Shown here: positions 8,394 to 18,322 of the stretch, in pieces
Numbering within the stretch: position 1 is the stretch's first letter
Layout of the letters: every line of letters starts with the position of its first letter
Assembly: GCA_049599475.1 (NCBI GenBank)
Contig: JBMYOQ010000001.1
Coordinates: 32,001-96,000 of the forward strand
Direction of reading: 5' to 3'
DNA length: 64,000 nt
Source: Opitutales bacterium
GTDB taxonomy: Bacteria; Verrucomicrobiota; Verrucomicrobiia; Opitutales; JABSRG01
Program-made: the position numbers and the translations under genes
The notes under the pieces: generated by a model
What the model was told of the DNA's origin: nothing
Database searches by the model: none
What the model saw: only the letters and a program-made list of their open reading frames with translations

Positions 8394-10608
8394 CCAGGTC
8401 GTTCACCTCGGCGATATATTCTGCCTCGGTAAGATCTGTGAAACGGGTGCGCCGGTAGGTGCGTGTATTCGGGGTACCTGGAGGGTAAAAGCCCTCGCTG
8501 CCAAATTTCGCGTGGAAGCCCCAGTTACGACCCGGCGCTCCGTATACGCCGCCTTTGCCCCAGCGCTCGACGGCGACTTCACTGTTGAATAGTGCGACCA
8601 ATGATCCACGGAGCATGAATTCGACGCCCGACCATTTTTCGAGGAACCGGGGGAAATTTTCGACGCCACCACTGTAGGTGGACCCTCCATAGAAGCCCGA
8701 AGGCACTTGTCCTGAAAGGAAGGCTGCAGAGACTTCCGTGAAGGATGCTCTGCGGTCGTTTAGAGAATTGGTGCTGTTGGCATCTACCCAACTATTGCTC
8801 AATACATTGATTGCATCCGCTGCGATGGCTGCGGGCGCTTCCTGTCCTGTCTGCGCGAAAGTATCTGCATCGTCGGCTAGGGTCGCACTTCCGGTATCTG
8901 GATCGCCGTCGGCATTAAAGTTCCCCTGGACGTAGATGTAGGTATTCGTTGAAAAGGTTGTGCCGTAGTTTCCTTCAGCTACTGCGAAGCTAGGATTTGG
9001 AATTGTGGAGCCATTTTGGAGGCGGACAGCGATCGTGTTGTCTGCGGGGGTTACCCAGTCGTCGCGGGCGGGTGCTGAGCCGTCGAGGGGTGTTTGTATG
9101 TAGACGACGCCATTCCAAAAATTAGCTGGTTTCTCTGGAGCAGCAGAGTCCGCTGAAGCGGCCCCCCATTCTTGCTCGTCGTTGTTGTCGAGTAGCGTGC
9201 GTAGCATATCCACATCGATTTCAACGAGATCAGGGGCGCGTCCCTCGCGGGGATCTGTGAAGGCCCCTGAGGTGTCTACGGTCCAGAACTGATCGGCTGG
9301 ATCTATGTTTAAAGTTGTGCGTATCGGAGTGCCGTCGGCGGCGTAGGTGAGGTCTCCATCGGCGTCTCGGGTATAGGTATAGGCGCTCACGGAAGAGCCG
9401 TCATATTCGAGAACGAGGCCAGCCTTGTAGGCGAATTTTTCCTTCTCAAGCTCGCGGCGTTGATTGGCTTCGGCGTAGCCCTCAGGATCGACATCGGGGT
9501 CGGGGAGGGCAAATGTGGTTTCGTTGAGGACGGGTTGGATGAGGTTGTAAGCGTAGTTGAGTGGATCCCAGGCTGCGGTGCTCGGATCGGTGTCGGCTAC
9601 GTATTCATCCACTGCTACGGGGTTTTGCTCGTTGATACCGTGCTCACGTGTTTGGACTTGGCCGTTCCAAAGTTGCGATGCGGTTTCGCGCCAGTCGTCC
9701 ATACTGCTATTCACACCGCTGTTCATTTTAACCAGTGTTCCTGAGCCATCATCGATATAGATGGTTCTGCCGTCGGTGTCGCTGCGATAAGCTGGATCGC
9801 GTCCGTGAAAAATGTCGCCAGCCGTCGTGACGGAGTCATGAAAGTTAAGTCGACTGTTTCCCTTAAGATACATGTCTGAATTGGCGTGAACAGGGCCATA
9901 GATATCCATTTGAGGGCCGGGTGCGATCTCCATAGAAAGCCCGTTGTAGAAGATTGCGTAGGCGAATAGGGGCGAGTCACGCAGTTGCAGGGTCTGTGTC
10001 GTGTAGGAGGCTTGCTCGCGTCCGGTTACAGACGATATTTTTGCTTTGGCGAAGACTTGAACGTAGCGTTCGAAGACTTGATTGCCCTTCATTGGATCAT
10101 TCTCGTTCCCTGGGACATTGGGATCGACAGTGGTCCAGCCAGTGGTCTCGACAACGCCCCCGATGAGCTCGAGATCTTGGCTTCCCCAAGTCGCCGTTTC
10201 ATCGAAACCGCCTTCTGGGACAATTAATTCATAGGTGCCCCATCGATTCGAATTTTCGTCCCCGAGTGTCAAAGTCATGCCCGAAGCGGGGCCTGCCGTT
10301 CCCTTGGAGTAAGTGTTGTAAAAGTCGTCTGTTAGCTCGAGTGGGTTGTTGCTGGGTTTGAGCTCATCTGTTGCGAACGACCACTGGTTGTCAAAACGCT
10401 CCTTGAGCTGTGCGAATCCATACTCTGCTGCGGCTTCCGAAGCCTGCTTCGCAATTAGGTTGGATTCTGCCGCGTAGTTGAGCCGTTGCTCTGTGACGGT
10501 GTAGTTAAAAAGGGATGCAACAACGAGTCCAATCGCTGTGGTAATCATCACGACTGTGAGGACGGTGGAGCCGGTGCGCCGGTCTCTCAGAGGTTGGGGC
10601 GTCTTCAT
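8362..10608 (-). CDS. PilX/GspK-like minor pilin with large acidic C-terminal region
   Basis: RRTG|STVLTVVMI class III signal without E5; 748 aa; third gene of a pilin trio. Confidence 0.65.
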   Translation of the reverse strand: MKTPQPLRDRRTGSTVLTVVMITTAIGLVVASLFNYTVTEQRLNYAAESNLIAKQASEAAAEYGFAQLKERFDNQWSFATDELKPSNNPLELTDDFYNTYSKGTAGPASGMTLTLGDENSNRWGTYELIVPEGGFDETATWGSQDLELIGGVVETTGWTTVDPNVPGNENDPMKGNQVFERYVQVFAKAKISSVTGREQASYTTQTLQLRDSPLFAYAIFYNGLSMEIAPGPQMDIYGPVHANSDMYLKGNSRLNFHDSVTTAGDIFHGRDPAYRSDTDGRTIYIDDGSGTLVKMNSGVNSSMDDWRETASQLWNGQVQTREHGINEQNPVAVDEYVADTDPSTAAWDPLNYAYNLIQPVLNETTFALPDPDVDPEGYAEANQRRELEKEKFAYKAGLVLEYDGSSVSAYTYTRDADGDLTYAADGTPIRTTLNIDPADQFWTVDTSGAFTDPREGRAPDLVEIDVDMLRTLLDNNDEQEWGAASADSAAPEKPANFWNGVVYIQTPLDGSAPARDDWVTPADNTIAVRLQNGSTIPNPSFAVAEGNYGTTFSTNTYIYVQGNFNADGDPDTGSATLADDADTFAQTGQEAPAAIAADAINVLSNSWVDANSTNSLNDRRASFTEVSAAFLSGQVPSGFYGGSTYSGGVENFPRFLEKWSGVEFMLRGSLVALFNSEVAVERWGKGGVYGAPGRNWGFHAKFGSEGFYPPGTPNTRTYRRTRFTDLTEAEYIAEVNDLATTWSLTTDY

Positions 10609-10635
10609 AGATATGGGGTTGGGGCTCGATTAGAG

Positions 10636-11328
10636 CTAGTTGCGGGGGTAGATCGCGAAGTTATAGGTGTCAGTGACCTCTTTTGCTGCGTTACCGTGGA
10701 TTATTTGGCCGTTCACGATCACAGATTTATCGCGTAGATTTTGGAAAAGATAGTCGTTGGCTAGGCCTTTGGCTAGATCCACGAGTTCGACTTCGCTGCC
10801 CTGATTAATAGCTGTGGAGACGTAGCTCTCGACAGTGGCCAGCGAGGGGTCCGCGGGTGTGCTAAAAGTGTGGTTTATACGTCTTACGGGTCCTTCGTCT
10901 TCTTCGTTGGTATCCCGATAATAAATGGAGATTTCAGTGTAGTGTAGCGGGTCTGATTCGTTGGGATGAGGCTCTAGGGTGACTAGGACTAGCATGTCGC
11001 CTGCTTCGCCGTCGTCCAACTGATCGGCCGTAGCATCGCGGTCTGTTGCGGTGATCGATCGGTAGAGGAAAAAGGCGTTGGCCTCTCTAGCTTCTCCGAA
11101 CAAGTCTTGCGTGAATGAGCGAACATCTGAATTGATGCCTAGTTTGTGACGCGTGGTAAACATGATCTCCGCGGACTGAATCGCCAACGCGGATATCATG
11201 GTAAAGGTTAAGGATGCTACGAAGGTCGCTATCATTATCTCCGAGAGCGTAAATCCTTGGCGTTTCCTGTTAGAACCTACAGAACCTCGATTGGGGTGTG
11301 GACGGGCTGTCTCAGAAGGTAGGAACAT
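10636..11328 (-). CDS. Prepilin-type N-terminal cleavage/methylation protein (PilW/GspJ-like)
   Basis: RQG|FTLSEIMIA with E5. Confidence 0.75.
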   Translation of the reverse strand: MFLPSETARPHPNRGSVGSNRKRQGFTLSEIMIATFVASLTFTMISALAIQSAEIMFTTRHKLGINSDVRSFTQDLFGEAREANAFFLYRSITATDRDATADQLDDGEAGDMLVLVTLEPHPNESDPLHYTEISIYYRDTNEEDEGPVRRINHTFSTPADPSLATVESYVSTAINQGSEVELVDLAKGLANDYLFQNLRDKSVIVNGQIIHGNAAKEVTDTYNFAIYPRN

Positions 11329-11815
11329 TGGAAATGATGCTTGAGATTGAACTCAGAAAGATACGTTCTGTCAGCGGTTTCTCGTAACCATACTGAATGT
11401 CCAGCTGGACGGCATCGAGGCCGGTGATCGGGCTTAGCTTGATGCGAATGTATAGATCTGCGGTAATGGTCGTAGTGCCTTCGGAATCTGCATCGATCGG
11501 GATGACCAAGACGCTCTCCACATCATGGGTCAAGGTAGCACTCGAATCGCTGCTGATGACGTATTCGAGGGTCGAAGCATCCCCGTTCGCGATGTCCTCC
11601 AGTTCACTGAATGACATGGCCTTCGTCTGTTCGACAAATCCAGTGACGACGGTTAAGATACTGGAATGGTAAATATTCGCCTCGCTGGCCTTTCGGGTAC
11701 TTAGGACGCTGGGCACCAAGGCAATCGCTGCCATTGAGAAAATGGCGATACCTAGCATGAGCTCTATCAGAGTCATGCCGCATGGCGATGGGCGTCTGGT
11801 GTGTGGATCGTTCAC
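11312..11815 (-). CDS. Prepilin-type N-terminal cleavage/methylation protein (PilV/GspI-like)
   Basis: G|MTLIELMLGIAI with E5. Confidence 0.75.
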   Translation of the reverse strand: MNDPHTRRPSPCGMTLIELMLGIAIFSMAAIALVPSVLSTRKASEANIYHSSILTVVTGFVEQTKAMSFSELEDIANGDASTLEYVISSDSSATLTHDVESVLVIPIDADSEGTTTITADLYIRIKLSPITGLDAVQLDIQYGYEKPLTERIFLSSISSIISNVPTF

Positions 11816-11970
11816 GGGAGAAGGGGAGTCGTCATTATAGCTCCTATTGAATTGTGTTTTAATCCGTTGAAATACGTATAACGATCACGCTTGGTTGTTA
11901 ACCGCGCAATCTCATCCCCATAGGTCGAAGTTTCCCGTGCTGTATTAAGGACTTCTAGGGCTTTGTAACA

Positions 11971-12747
11971 TTAATTTGACGGGTTCCCGCCTTGGAAAGA
12001 TTTGTTAAAGCAATAGATGCTAGCTCCGGCGACTAAGAGCCCAGGGGCGAGTATCCAGCCGATGATCGGAATGAGCATCAATAGTTGATAGGCGCAGCCA
12101 AGACCGAGCAGGCCGAAGCGTTCCTGTCGGCAATAAAGAAACGTCTCCCGGATACTCAGCTCTCTTCGTTCTAGGCAGGGATCGATGCTGCCCATCGCCG
12201 AGAAGTATCCATTGATCATGAAAAAGAGCGCGACCGAAGTGATTTGTCCAATTAAGGGGATCCAAGATATTACGAATGCCAGGCCTAGCCACAGGATCCA
12301 TTTACTCAGAGTTATCGCTAATACGGACAGCGCTCGGATAATGTCTTTTGCAAATCCAATTGTCGAAAAGGGCCTGCCAGCCGCGCCACCCAGATGTGCC
12401 TCGATCTTTTCAGACATTATTCCGAAGAAAGGCGCATACAGGGCGAGGACCAGCTGAGACCCGATGAAGAGTGTCGTCAATGCTCCGAGAACCCAGAGAA
12501 CGCTGGCAGCGATGGCGCTCAGCCAATTGATTTGCGCCCAGTCAGGTAGAGCACCATGAAGCCAAAGCGCGAATTGACCATAATACAGTATGCTCGCGAC
12601 GATGATGGCTGGGATCAGAGCGCATATTAGCACGCCAGGGGCGATTACCCAGTGCCAGAGGCGCGCCGCAGAGAGTACTCTGGCCGCGCGAGGGATGCTT
12701 CCAAACCCTTCGGCTAATTGCTTGAAAGGTCCCTTGGGTTTACTCAC
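11971..12747 (-). CDS. EI24/CysZ-like membrane protein
   Basis: Hydrophobic helices, APFFGIMSEKIE, IPLIGQ, LMLIPIIG patterns. Confidence 0.7.
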   Translation of the reverse strand: MSKPKGPFKQLAEGFGSIPRAARVLSAARLWHWVIAPGVLICALIPAIIVASILYYGQFALWLHGALPDWAQINWLSAIAASVLWVLGALTTLFIGSQLVLALYAPFFGIMSEKIEAHLGGAAGRPFSTIGFAKDIIRALSVLAITLSKWILWLGLAFVISWIPLIGQITSVALFFMINGYFSAMGSIDPCLERRELSIRETFLYCRQERFGLLGLGCAYQLLMLIPIIGWILAPGLLVAGASIYCFNKSFQGGNPSN

Positions 12748-13313
12748 TTACTGCCCGGTTTGCTTACAGGAACCGCTGCTAAATCAGGTGGCAGGGCGTT
12801 GGGATCGTAGGTCGGGAAACTGAGCTGGACAAGCGGAGTCAGCGGCGCGGAGAATTGTGCTTTTCCCTCACTGCGGTCGACCAAAACACCGATGGATGTG
12901 ATGTTTGCCTTCAGTCCTTCAAGAATGTCGACAGTTTCTTGGACGCGGCCGCCGCGTGTAATGACGTCTTCGATGATGATGACTTTCTCGCCTTCCTTCA
13001 GTTTGAAGCCGCGCCGCATTGCAAGGTTACCCTCTTCCTTCTCTACAAAGATGAAGCGCTTGCCGAGTTGGCGGGCTACTTCTTGCCCGAGGACGAGTCC
13101 GCCCATCGCGGGGGCGACCACAGTCTCACAATCGATCTCGCCCATACTCTCGATGAGGAGTTCAGCGAGACGAGTGACTTTGTCCAAATACTGACACACC
13201 TGTGCGCACTGGAAGAAATGTCCGCTGTGTAGCCCACTGCGCAGCACAAAATGGCCTTCTTGAAGGGCGCCTGTTTCTTTGAAAATGGAGATGATTTCGT
13301 CTTGTTGATCCAT
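12744..13313 (-). CDS. pyrE: Orotate phosphoribosyltransferase
   Basis: GHFVLRSGLHS, PRPP motif IIEDVITRGG. Confidence 0.93.
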   Translation of the reverse strand: MDQQDEIISIFKETGALQEGHFVLRSGLHSGHFFQCAQVCQYLDKVTRLAELLIESMGEIDCETVVAPAMGGLVLGQEVARQLGKRFIFVEKEEGNLAMRRGFKLKEGEKVIIIEDVITRGGRVQETVDILEGLKANITSIGVLVDRSEGKAQFSAPLTPLVQLSFPTYDPNALPPDLAAVPVSKPGSK

Positions 13314-13647
13314 GGGTAAGCTCGGGGAATAAAATCGTGGGTCGGCGAAAAGACAAGTTAAACGCCTTATTGATTTTATCGAAACCTATAAGCGTTGGTT
13401 CGGGAGCCATTTATCTGTCAGAAGCAAACTAAATAGACTGATGGGTTCTCTAGGGGGTCGGGTTAAAAATGTGATGGCGACCGTCAATATTAAATCAGAA
13501 GTTATTGGGATGATTTTTGTTATATTTTGGGCTTTGAGAGAAAAAATATGAAAGACTTTGTAAGGTTTGTACAACAGTAGACATATACTGAGTAACAAGT
13601 CACAGTGAACGCTTCGGCGTTCGTAATCCCTTACCCTACTACCTCCC

Positions 13648-13851
13648 ATGTTGCATTCTACCCCCGATACCGCGACAGGTGCCAATGCTGAGACTCAAAG
13701 AATGGCATCCACTACGACTTTCCTTTTCCGAGTGCAGGAAAACGCTCAGAGATCGTCTCAAAGCTCTCGGGAAGAAGCACATATAACGAGCACAAGCGAG
13801 ATCCCCAGCGGCATGTTCTTTAAGCACGCCGGACGTATCATTCGACTCTGA
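13648..13851 (+). CDS. Small hypothetical protein (67 aa)
   Basis: ATG preceded by a C-rich leader like other genes here and by a UUCG hairpin; no recognisable homology. Confidence 0.35.
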   Translation: MLHSTPDTATGANAETQRMASTTTFLFRVQENAQRSSQSSREEAHITSTSEIPSGMFFKHAGRIIRL

Positions 13852-14540
13852 TTGTGTCCTAACGTTAAAGGCGTGATTGGCTATCTGGAGCGTCTTCAAC
13901 TGGCCCTTCAAGGTGGCTCGCTCGCGCCAATGGGGCAACTGGATTAACTTCTATCACCATTGCCTTCTCTCCGACTGAATATGCGAATTCAGATTTTTAA
14001 GAGCCCCTCTATCAGAGCCTCTGAGTAGTTGGAACAGTCCTTACGGCCTTAGCCTTCGTGTTCTGCACAAGCTGGTGAGTCCGTAAGCCATTTCATCCCA
14101 CTCAAGCCTGGCTCTTTCAGATGAGATCCAAGTATTTCGCACAAAATCTGTCACTTGGGGGAGGTCCTCAGAGGACGCTCGCCTCTATCAATCAAAACCT
14201 TGTTAGCAGGGAAATAATAGGGGCGGGCGTCTTCGTTGTTCCGCACCGAAACGGTCAAGGTGTGCCATCTATACGGTTTCCCAAGAGTCCGTTTGCATTG
14301 AGCTCTAGTTGTAATCGTGAGTTTTCCGAGAGAGACGCTGTCTCAAAAGTGGTGGCGCCGGATCACCGGATCCGGCATGAGTGCGTTAGCCCAAACGACT
14401 ATCGCGGACAAGGCCGAGTCATGCTCGCTCGGTGAGCGAGCGCTCCAAAAATAGAGATTTATCAGAATTTTAAGAAACGCTCCATCTAACACGGAACGCT
14501 CACCTCAAAATGACTCGCCCAAGTGAGTGAAAATAAAAAT

Positions 14541-14559
14541 AAATTGTAAACAATATTCA
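14541..14559. promoter_or_regulatory. Putative GntR-family operator, copy 1 (AAATTGTAAACAATATTCA)
   Basis: Near-palindromic TTGTAAACAA upstream of eda; exact 19-bp copy at 15206. Confidence 0.6.
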
Positions 14560-14587
14560 AATAAGCTATGCGTTAGGACGTTTCTTC

Positions 14588-15214
14588 ATGTCACTGAACC
14601 TCCAAAACCGAAAAATTGTCCCTGTCATTGTGCTCGATGATGCTGCCGACGCAGTCCCGCTTGCAGGGGCGCTTCTTGCTGCAAACCTCGATATCATTGA
14701 AATAATGTGCCGGACACCAGCCGCTTTCCAAGCGATTGAGAATGTCCGTATCGCCTTTCCAGAAATGTTGGTCGGCGCAGGAACGGTCGTAACGTCCGAG
14801 CAGGCGCAGCGCTGTGTCGATGCTGGGGTGTTTTTTGGGCTCGCGCCCGGCCTCAACCCGAAGATCGTCTCCTTTTTTCAAGAGCGCGAAATTCCCTTCG
14901 TTCCTGGGGTGATGACGCCTACCGAGATTGAGAAAGGTCTGAGTATGGGATGCACCTTGCAGAAGTTTTTCCCGGCAGGACCCGTGGGAGGCGCGAAATT
15001 CCTCAAGGCAATGGCAGCTCCCTACGCATCTCTGGGACTTCAATTCTGCCCGACCGGAGGCGTCAACCTCGATAATATGGGTGAGTATTTGATGTTGAGC
15101 TGTGTAGCCTGCGTTGGCGGCTCATGGATCGCGACGCGAGATCAGATCCGCGAAAAACGTTGGGCTGAGATCACTCAGCAAGCATCGGATGCATTATTTG
15201 AATCAAAATTGTAA
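14588..15214 (+). CDS. eda: KDPG/KHG aldolase
   Basis: IVPVIV, GAGTV, PGVMTPTE, KFFPA, FCPTGGVN. Confidence 0.93.
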   Translation: MSLNLQNRKIVPVIVLDDAADAVPLAGALLAANLDIIEIMCRTPAAFQAIENVRIAFPEMLVGAGTVVTSEQAQRCVDAGVFFGLAPGLNPKIVSFFQEREIPFVPGVMTPTEIEKGLSMGCTLQKFFPAGPVGGAKFLKAMAAPYASLGLQFCPTGGVNLDNMGEYLMLSCVACVGGSWIATRDQIREKRWAEITQQASDALFESKL

Positions 15215-15224
15215 ACAATATTCA
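15206..15224. promoter_or_regulatory. Putative GntR-family operator, copy 2
   Basis: Identical 19-mer overlapping the eda stop codon, upstream of sulfatase 1. Confidence 0.55.
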
Positions 15225-15301
15225 CATTTACAAAACTTCTAAAATCTACCGGTGTTTTCTTCAGAACACTCCCCGGAAACCTAATTTTGTTATAGGCAAT
15301 C

Positions 15302-16756
15302 ATGCATAAGCACCCTTTATCCAAATTAATTGGAATTTGGCTCCTAGCACTCATTCTTGGGTCAGTAGCAATCGGCAAAGCGAAGCAGCCGAATGTCCTG
15401 TTTATTTTCATCGATGACCAAGGCTACTACGACTTGAGCAGCTATGGCGCAACTGAAGTCAAAACACCTCATATCGATGGATTGGCCGAACGAGGCGTTA
15501 AGTTCACACAATTCTATTCCGCAGCGCCGATTTGTAGCCCTTCTCGGGCCGGTCTCCTTACGGGGCAGTATCCGCGCCGTACCGGGAATGAAGTATGGGT
15601 GCACCGGCCGGATGCGCATGATGGTATTCCGGAGGAATCGGTGACGATGGCTGAGACCTTCCGAGCCGCCGGATATGCGACAGCATGTATCGGAAAATGG
15701 CATTTGGGCTTTAAAGAAGAGTTCCTCCCATTGAATCAGGGGTTCGACTATCACTATGGGATTTTGCACAATCTCGATCAATATGAAGTGGATCACTTCA
15801 AGGAGGAAGGGGGCATGCCTTTCTTAAGAAATGGAGAGGTGATCGCGAGGAATGTATCGGCGGATGATCTCACAAAAATGTATACAGATGAGTCGATTGC
15901 TTGGATTGAAAAGCAAGCCGGCGCAGACAAGCCATTTTTTCTCTACCTGCCTCACACTATGCTCCACGACCCTCTGGGCGTAAGCGCAGAATTCCGCGGC
16001 AGTTCTCAATGGGGAGAATACGGGGATGCGATCCAGGAAATGGACCATAATGTCGGCCGCATGGTAAAGGCGTTGGAGCGTCTTGGCATCGCCGATGATA
16101 CCCTGGTAATTTACAGCTCAGATAATGGCCGCTGGCCAGGGCGCAACAAGGACCAGCCGATCCGCGGATCTAAGCTCAATACGTTTGAAGGCGGATTGCG
16201 TGTTCCAGCGATCATTGCCGGTGCAAGTGTGGCCAAAGGGATTACAACCGACGCTGTCGCCCACGCCATGGACTGGTATCCGACGCTTGCTTCTTTGGCC
16301 GGTGTAGAAATCCAAGAGGACATCATCCTGGACGGTCGCGACCTCAGTGCGATGCTCGAGGGAAAAACAGAGGATATCCCAGCCTTCGATAACAAGGTTT
16401 CGCTGAATGCTGAGGTGCCGCTCCGTCGTCCGGTCATCACAGATACTGAGTGGGACCCGCACTTTACCCAGGAAGAATACCTGAATGCCTTTTTCTATCA
16501 CGGCAGTCACGGAGCTTTGTCGGCTGTGAGATCCGGCGCGTGGAAGCTCTATCTACATCCGAAGCTGACCTTGTATAATCTGGAAGACGATCCTGGCGAG
16601 CGTAAGGAAATCCATGCTACCTGGCCGAAAGCGGGTGATATTCCGAAGACGGAGATGGCTAAGGCACGTGCGGAAGCATGGCGTATCAAATCCAAGCTGC
16701 GTGGCATGGTCATTCAGTTCCAACGTGAGATGAATCAATATATTCGCGAAAAATGA
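15302..16756 (+). CDS. Sulfatase (S1, Cys-type), secreted
   Basis: PNVLFIFIDD, CSPSRAGLLTG, GKWHLG, signal peptide. Confidence 0.93.
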   Translation: MHKHPLSKLIGIWLLALILGSVAIGKAKQPNVLFIFIDDQGYYDLSSYGATEVKTPHIDGLAERGVKFTQFYSAAPICSPSRAGLLTGQYPRRTGNEVWVHRPDAHDGIPEESVTMAETFRAAGYATACIGKWHLGFKEEFLPLNQGFDYHYGILHNLDQYEVDHFKEEGGMPFLRNGEVIARNVSADDLTKMYTDESIAWIEKQAGADKPFFLYLPHTMLHDPLGVSAEFRGSSQWGEYGDAIQEMDHNVGRMVKALERLGIADDTLVIYSSDNGRWPGRNKDQPIRGSKLNTFEGGLRVPAIIAGASVAKGITTDAVAHAMDWYPTLASLAGVEIQEDIILDGRDLSAMLEGKTEDIPAFDNKVSLNAEVPLRRPVITDTEWDPHFTQEEYLNAFFYHGSHGALSAVRSGAWKLYLHPKLTLYNLEDDPGERKEIHATWPKAGDIPKTEMAKARAEAWRIKSKLRGMVIQFQREMNQYIREK

Positions 16757-18222
16757 GAGCGGCCCTGCTTATAATAAGTCTGGTAGCGTGCACAGCCTTT
16801 GGGTGGGGCAAAAAGTCGCCAAACATTGTCGTAATCCTTGCGGACGACTATGGTTACGGTAGCTCCAATATTTATGGAGCAAGCGAAGAGCATATTCGTA
16901 CGCCCAATATTAACCAGCTTGCGCATGAAGGTATCCAATTTATGGATGCGAGCACGCCTGCTTCGGTGTGCACACCCACGCGCTATGCGATGCTCACGGG
17001 CAGATATGCATGGCGTGGAAAGATCAAATACGGTGTGTTGAATCCGCCGGAAGGTCCCTTGGTCGTTGAAGACGAGCTCTACACCATGCCAGAATTTCTT
17101 CAGGATAATGGATACCGCACGGCGCACATCGGAAAATGGCATCTTGGATACACAACTTTACCAGAAGTGGAAGATCTCTCGGCTCAACCGCTGTCGCCCG
17201 GACCGCGCTCAATGGGCTTTAATTACCATTTTGCCGTTCCCAACCAGATCGACTGGCTGCCCAAAATTTATGTGGAGAACGAGTCTATTTGGGGCCTGCG
17301 CTCTAAGGGCAAGAATCCGTATGGTAAGAGCTACTACAAAGGCCGTAGTTACCATGGTTATGATGCGCCGCAGCGCGTGACAACTGAAGTGACGGAGGAT
17401 CTCTCTCAGCACGCAGTGCGCTGGATCCGGGAATCACTGCGCGAGCACCCGGACAATCCTTTCTTCCTCTATTTTGCACCCGTGGCGGTGCACCATCCGA
17501 TTGCTCCAAGCGAGCGTTTTCGGGGCACGAGCACTATCGGGCCTTATGGCGATTTTATCCACGACTTAGATTACAGTGTAGGGGAAGTCATGGACGCCCT
17601 TGCTTATGCAGGCGTGACCGACGAGACCCTGATCATTTTTACCAGCGATAATGGCGGTGATGTTTCTATGGAAGAGGACCAAGGACGTCAGAAAGGATTT
17701 TTGGTCAACGGAGAGCTACGCGGTGACAAGCACCTGATCTGGCAAGGAGGCTTAAAGGTTCCCTTCGTGGCGAGGTGGCCAGGCGTCATCGAGCCGGGGA
17801 CAAAAACCGACCGGATGATTAATATCGTAGATCTTTTTGCGACCTTCCAGGAACTCGTCACGGGCCAGGTTGCACCCGCCGAGCAATATGCACCGGATAG
17901 TTTCAGCTTTTTCGGAGAACTCGCAGGGGTAAATCCCGTGAGTGAAGTGCGTTCGTCGATGATCCTCAATGATGTTCGCGGAACTCACGCGATTCGCGGT
18001 GGGGCCTGGAAATATATCGAGTCCAAGCCCAAGCGTCCCATCGACCTGGCTCAGATGAAGAAGAATCCGAATAAATTTCAGCCCATGCTCTTCAATCTCA
18101 ATGAAGATCCCTGTGAGGAAAACGATGTTATCGCCGAATTTCCCGAGATCGCCGAGAAGATGCAACGGAAGCTAGATCAAATTCGTGATGCTGGGTCCGA
18201 ACGCCTTGTATCCAAAATGTAA
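16753..18222 (+). CDS. Sulfatase (S1, Cys-type), secreted
   Basis: PNIVVILADD, CTPTRYAMLTG, GKWHLG, TSDNG. Confidence 0.93.
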   Translation: MRAALLIISLVACTAFGWGKKSPNIVVILADDYGYGSSNIYGASEEHIRTPNINQLAHEGIQFMDASTPASVCTPTRYAMLTGRYAWRGKIKYGVLNPPEGPLVVEDELYTMPEFLQDNGYRTAHIGKWHLGYTTLPEVEDLSAQPLSPGPRSMGFNYHFAVPNQIDWLPKIYVENESIWGLRSKGKNPYGKSYYKGRSYHGYDAPQRVTTEVTEDLSQHAVRWIRESLREHPDNPFFLYFAPVAVHHPIAPSERFRGTSTIGPYGDFIHDLDYSVGEVMDALAYAGVTDETLIIFTSDNGGDVSMEEDQGRQKGFLVNGELRGDKHLIWQGGLKVPFVARWPGVIEPGTKTDRMINIVDLFATFQELVTGQVAPAEQYAPDSFSFFGELAGVNPVSEVRSSMILNDVRGTHAIRGGAWKYIESKPKRPIDLAQMKKNPNKFQPMLFNLNEDPCEENDVIAEFPEIAEKMQRKLDQIRDAGSERLVSKM

Positions 18223-18322
18223 GTGTCGGGCGTCAGCATAGAGACCTCGTGTGCGGGAAAGCAATGGAGCATGTGGGGTCAATTTTGGCACGGGTCCTAT
18301 ATCCCCCTTCTTATCCTCAATT

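Noticed and set aside
13648..13851. RiPP precursor interpretation of the Ser/Thr-rich small ORF
   Set aside because: No modifying enzyme, peptidase or exporter is adjacent
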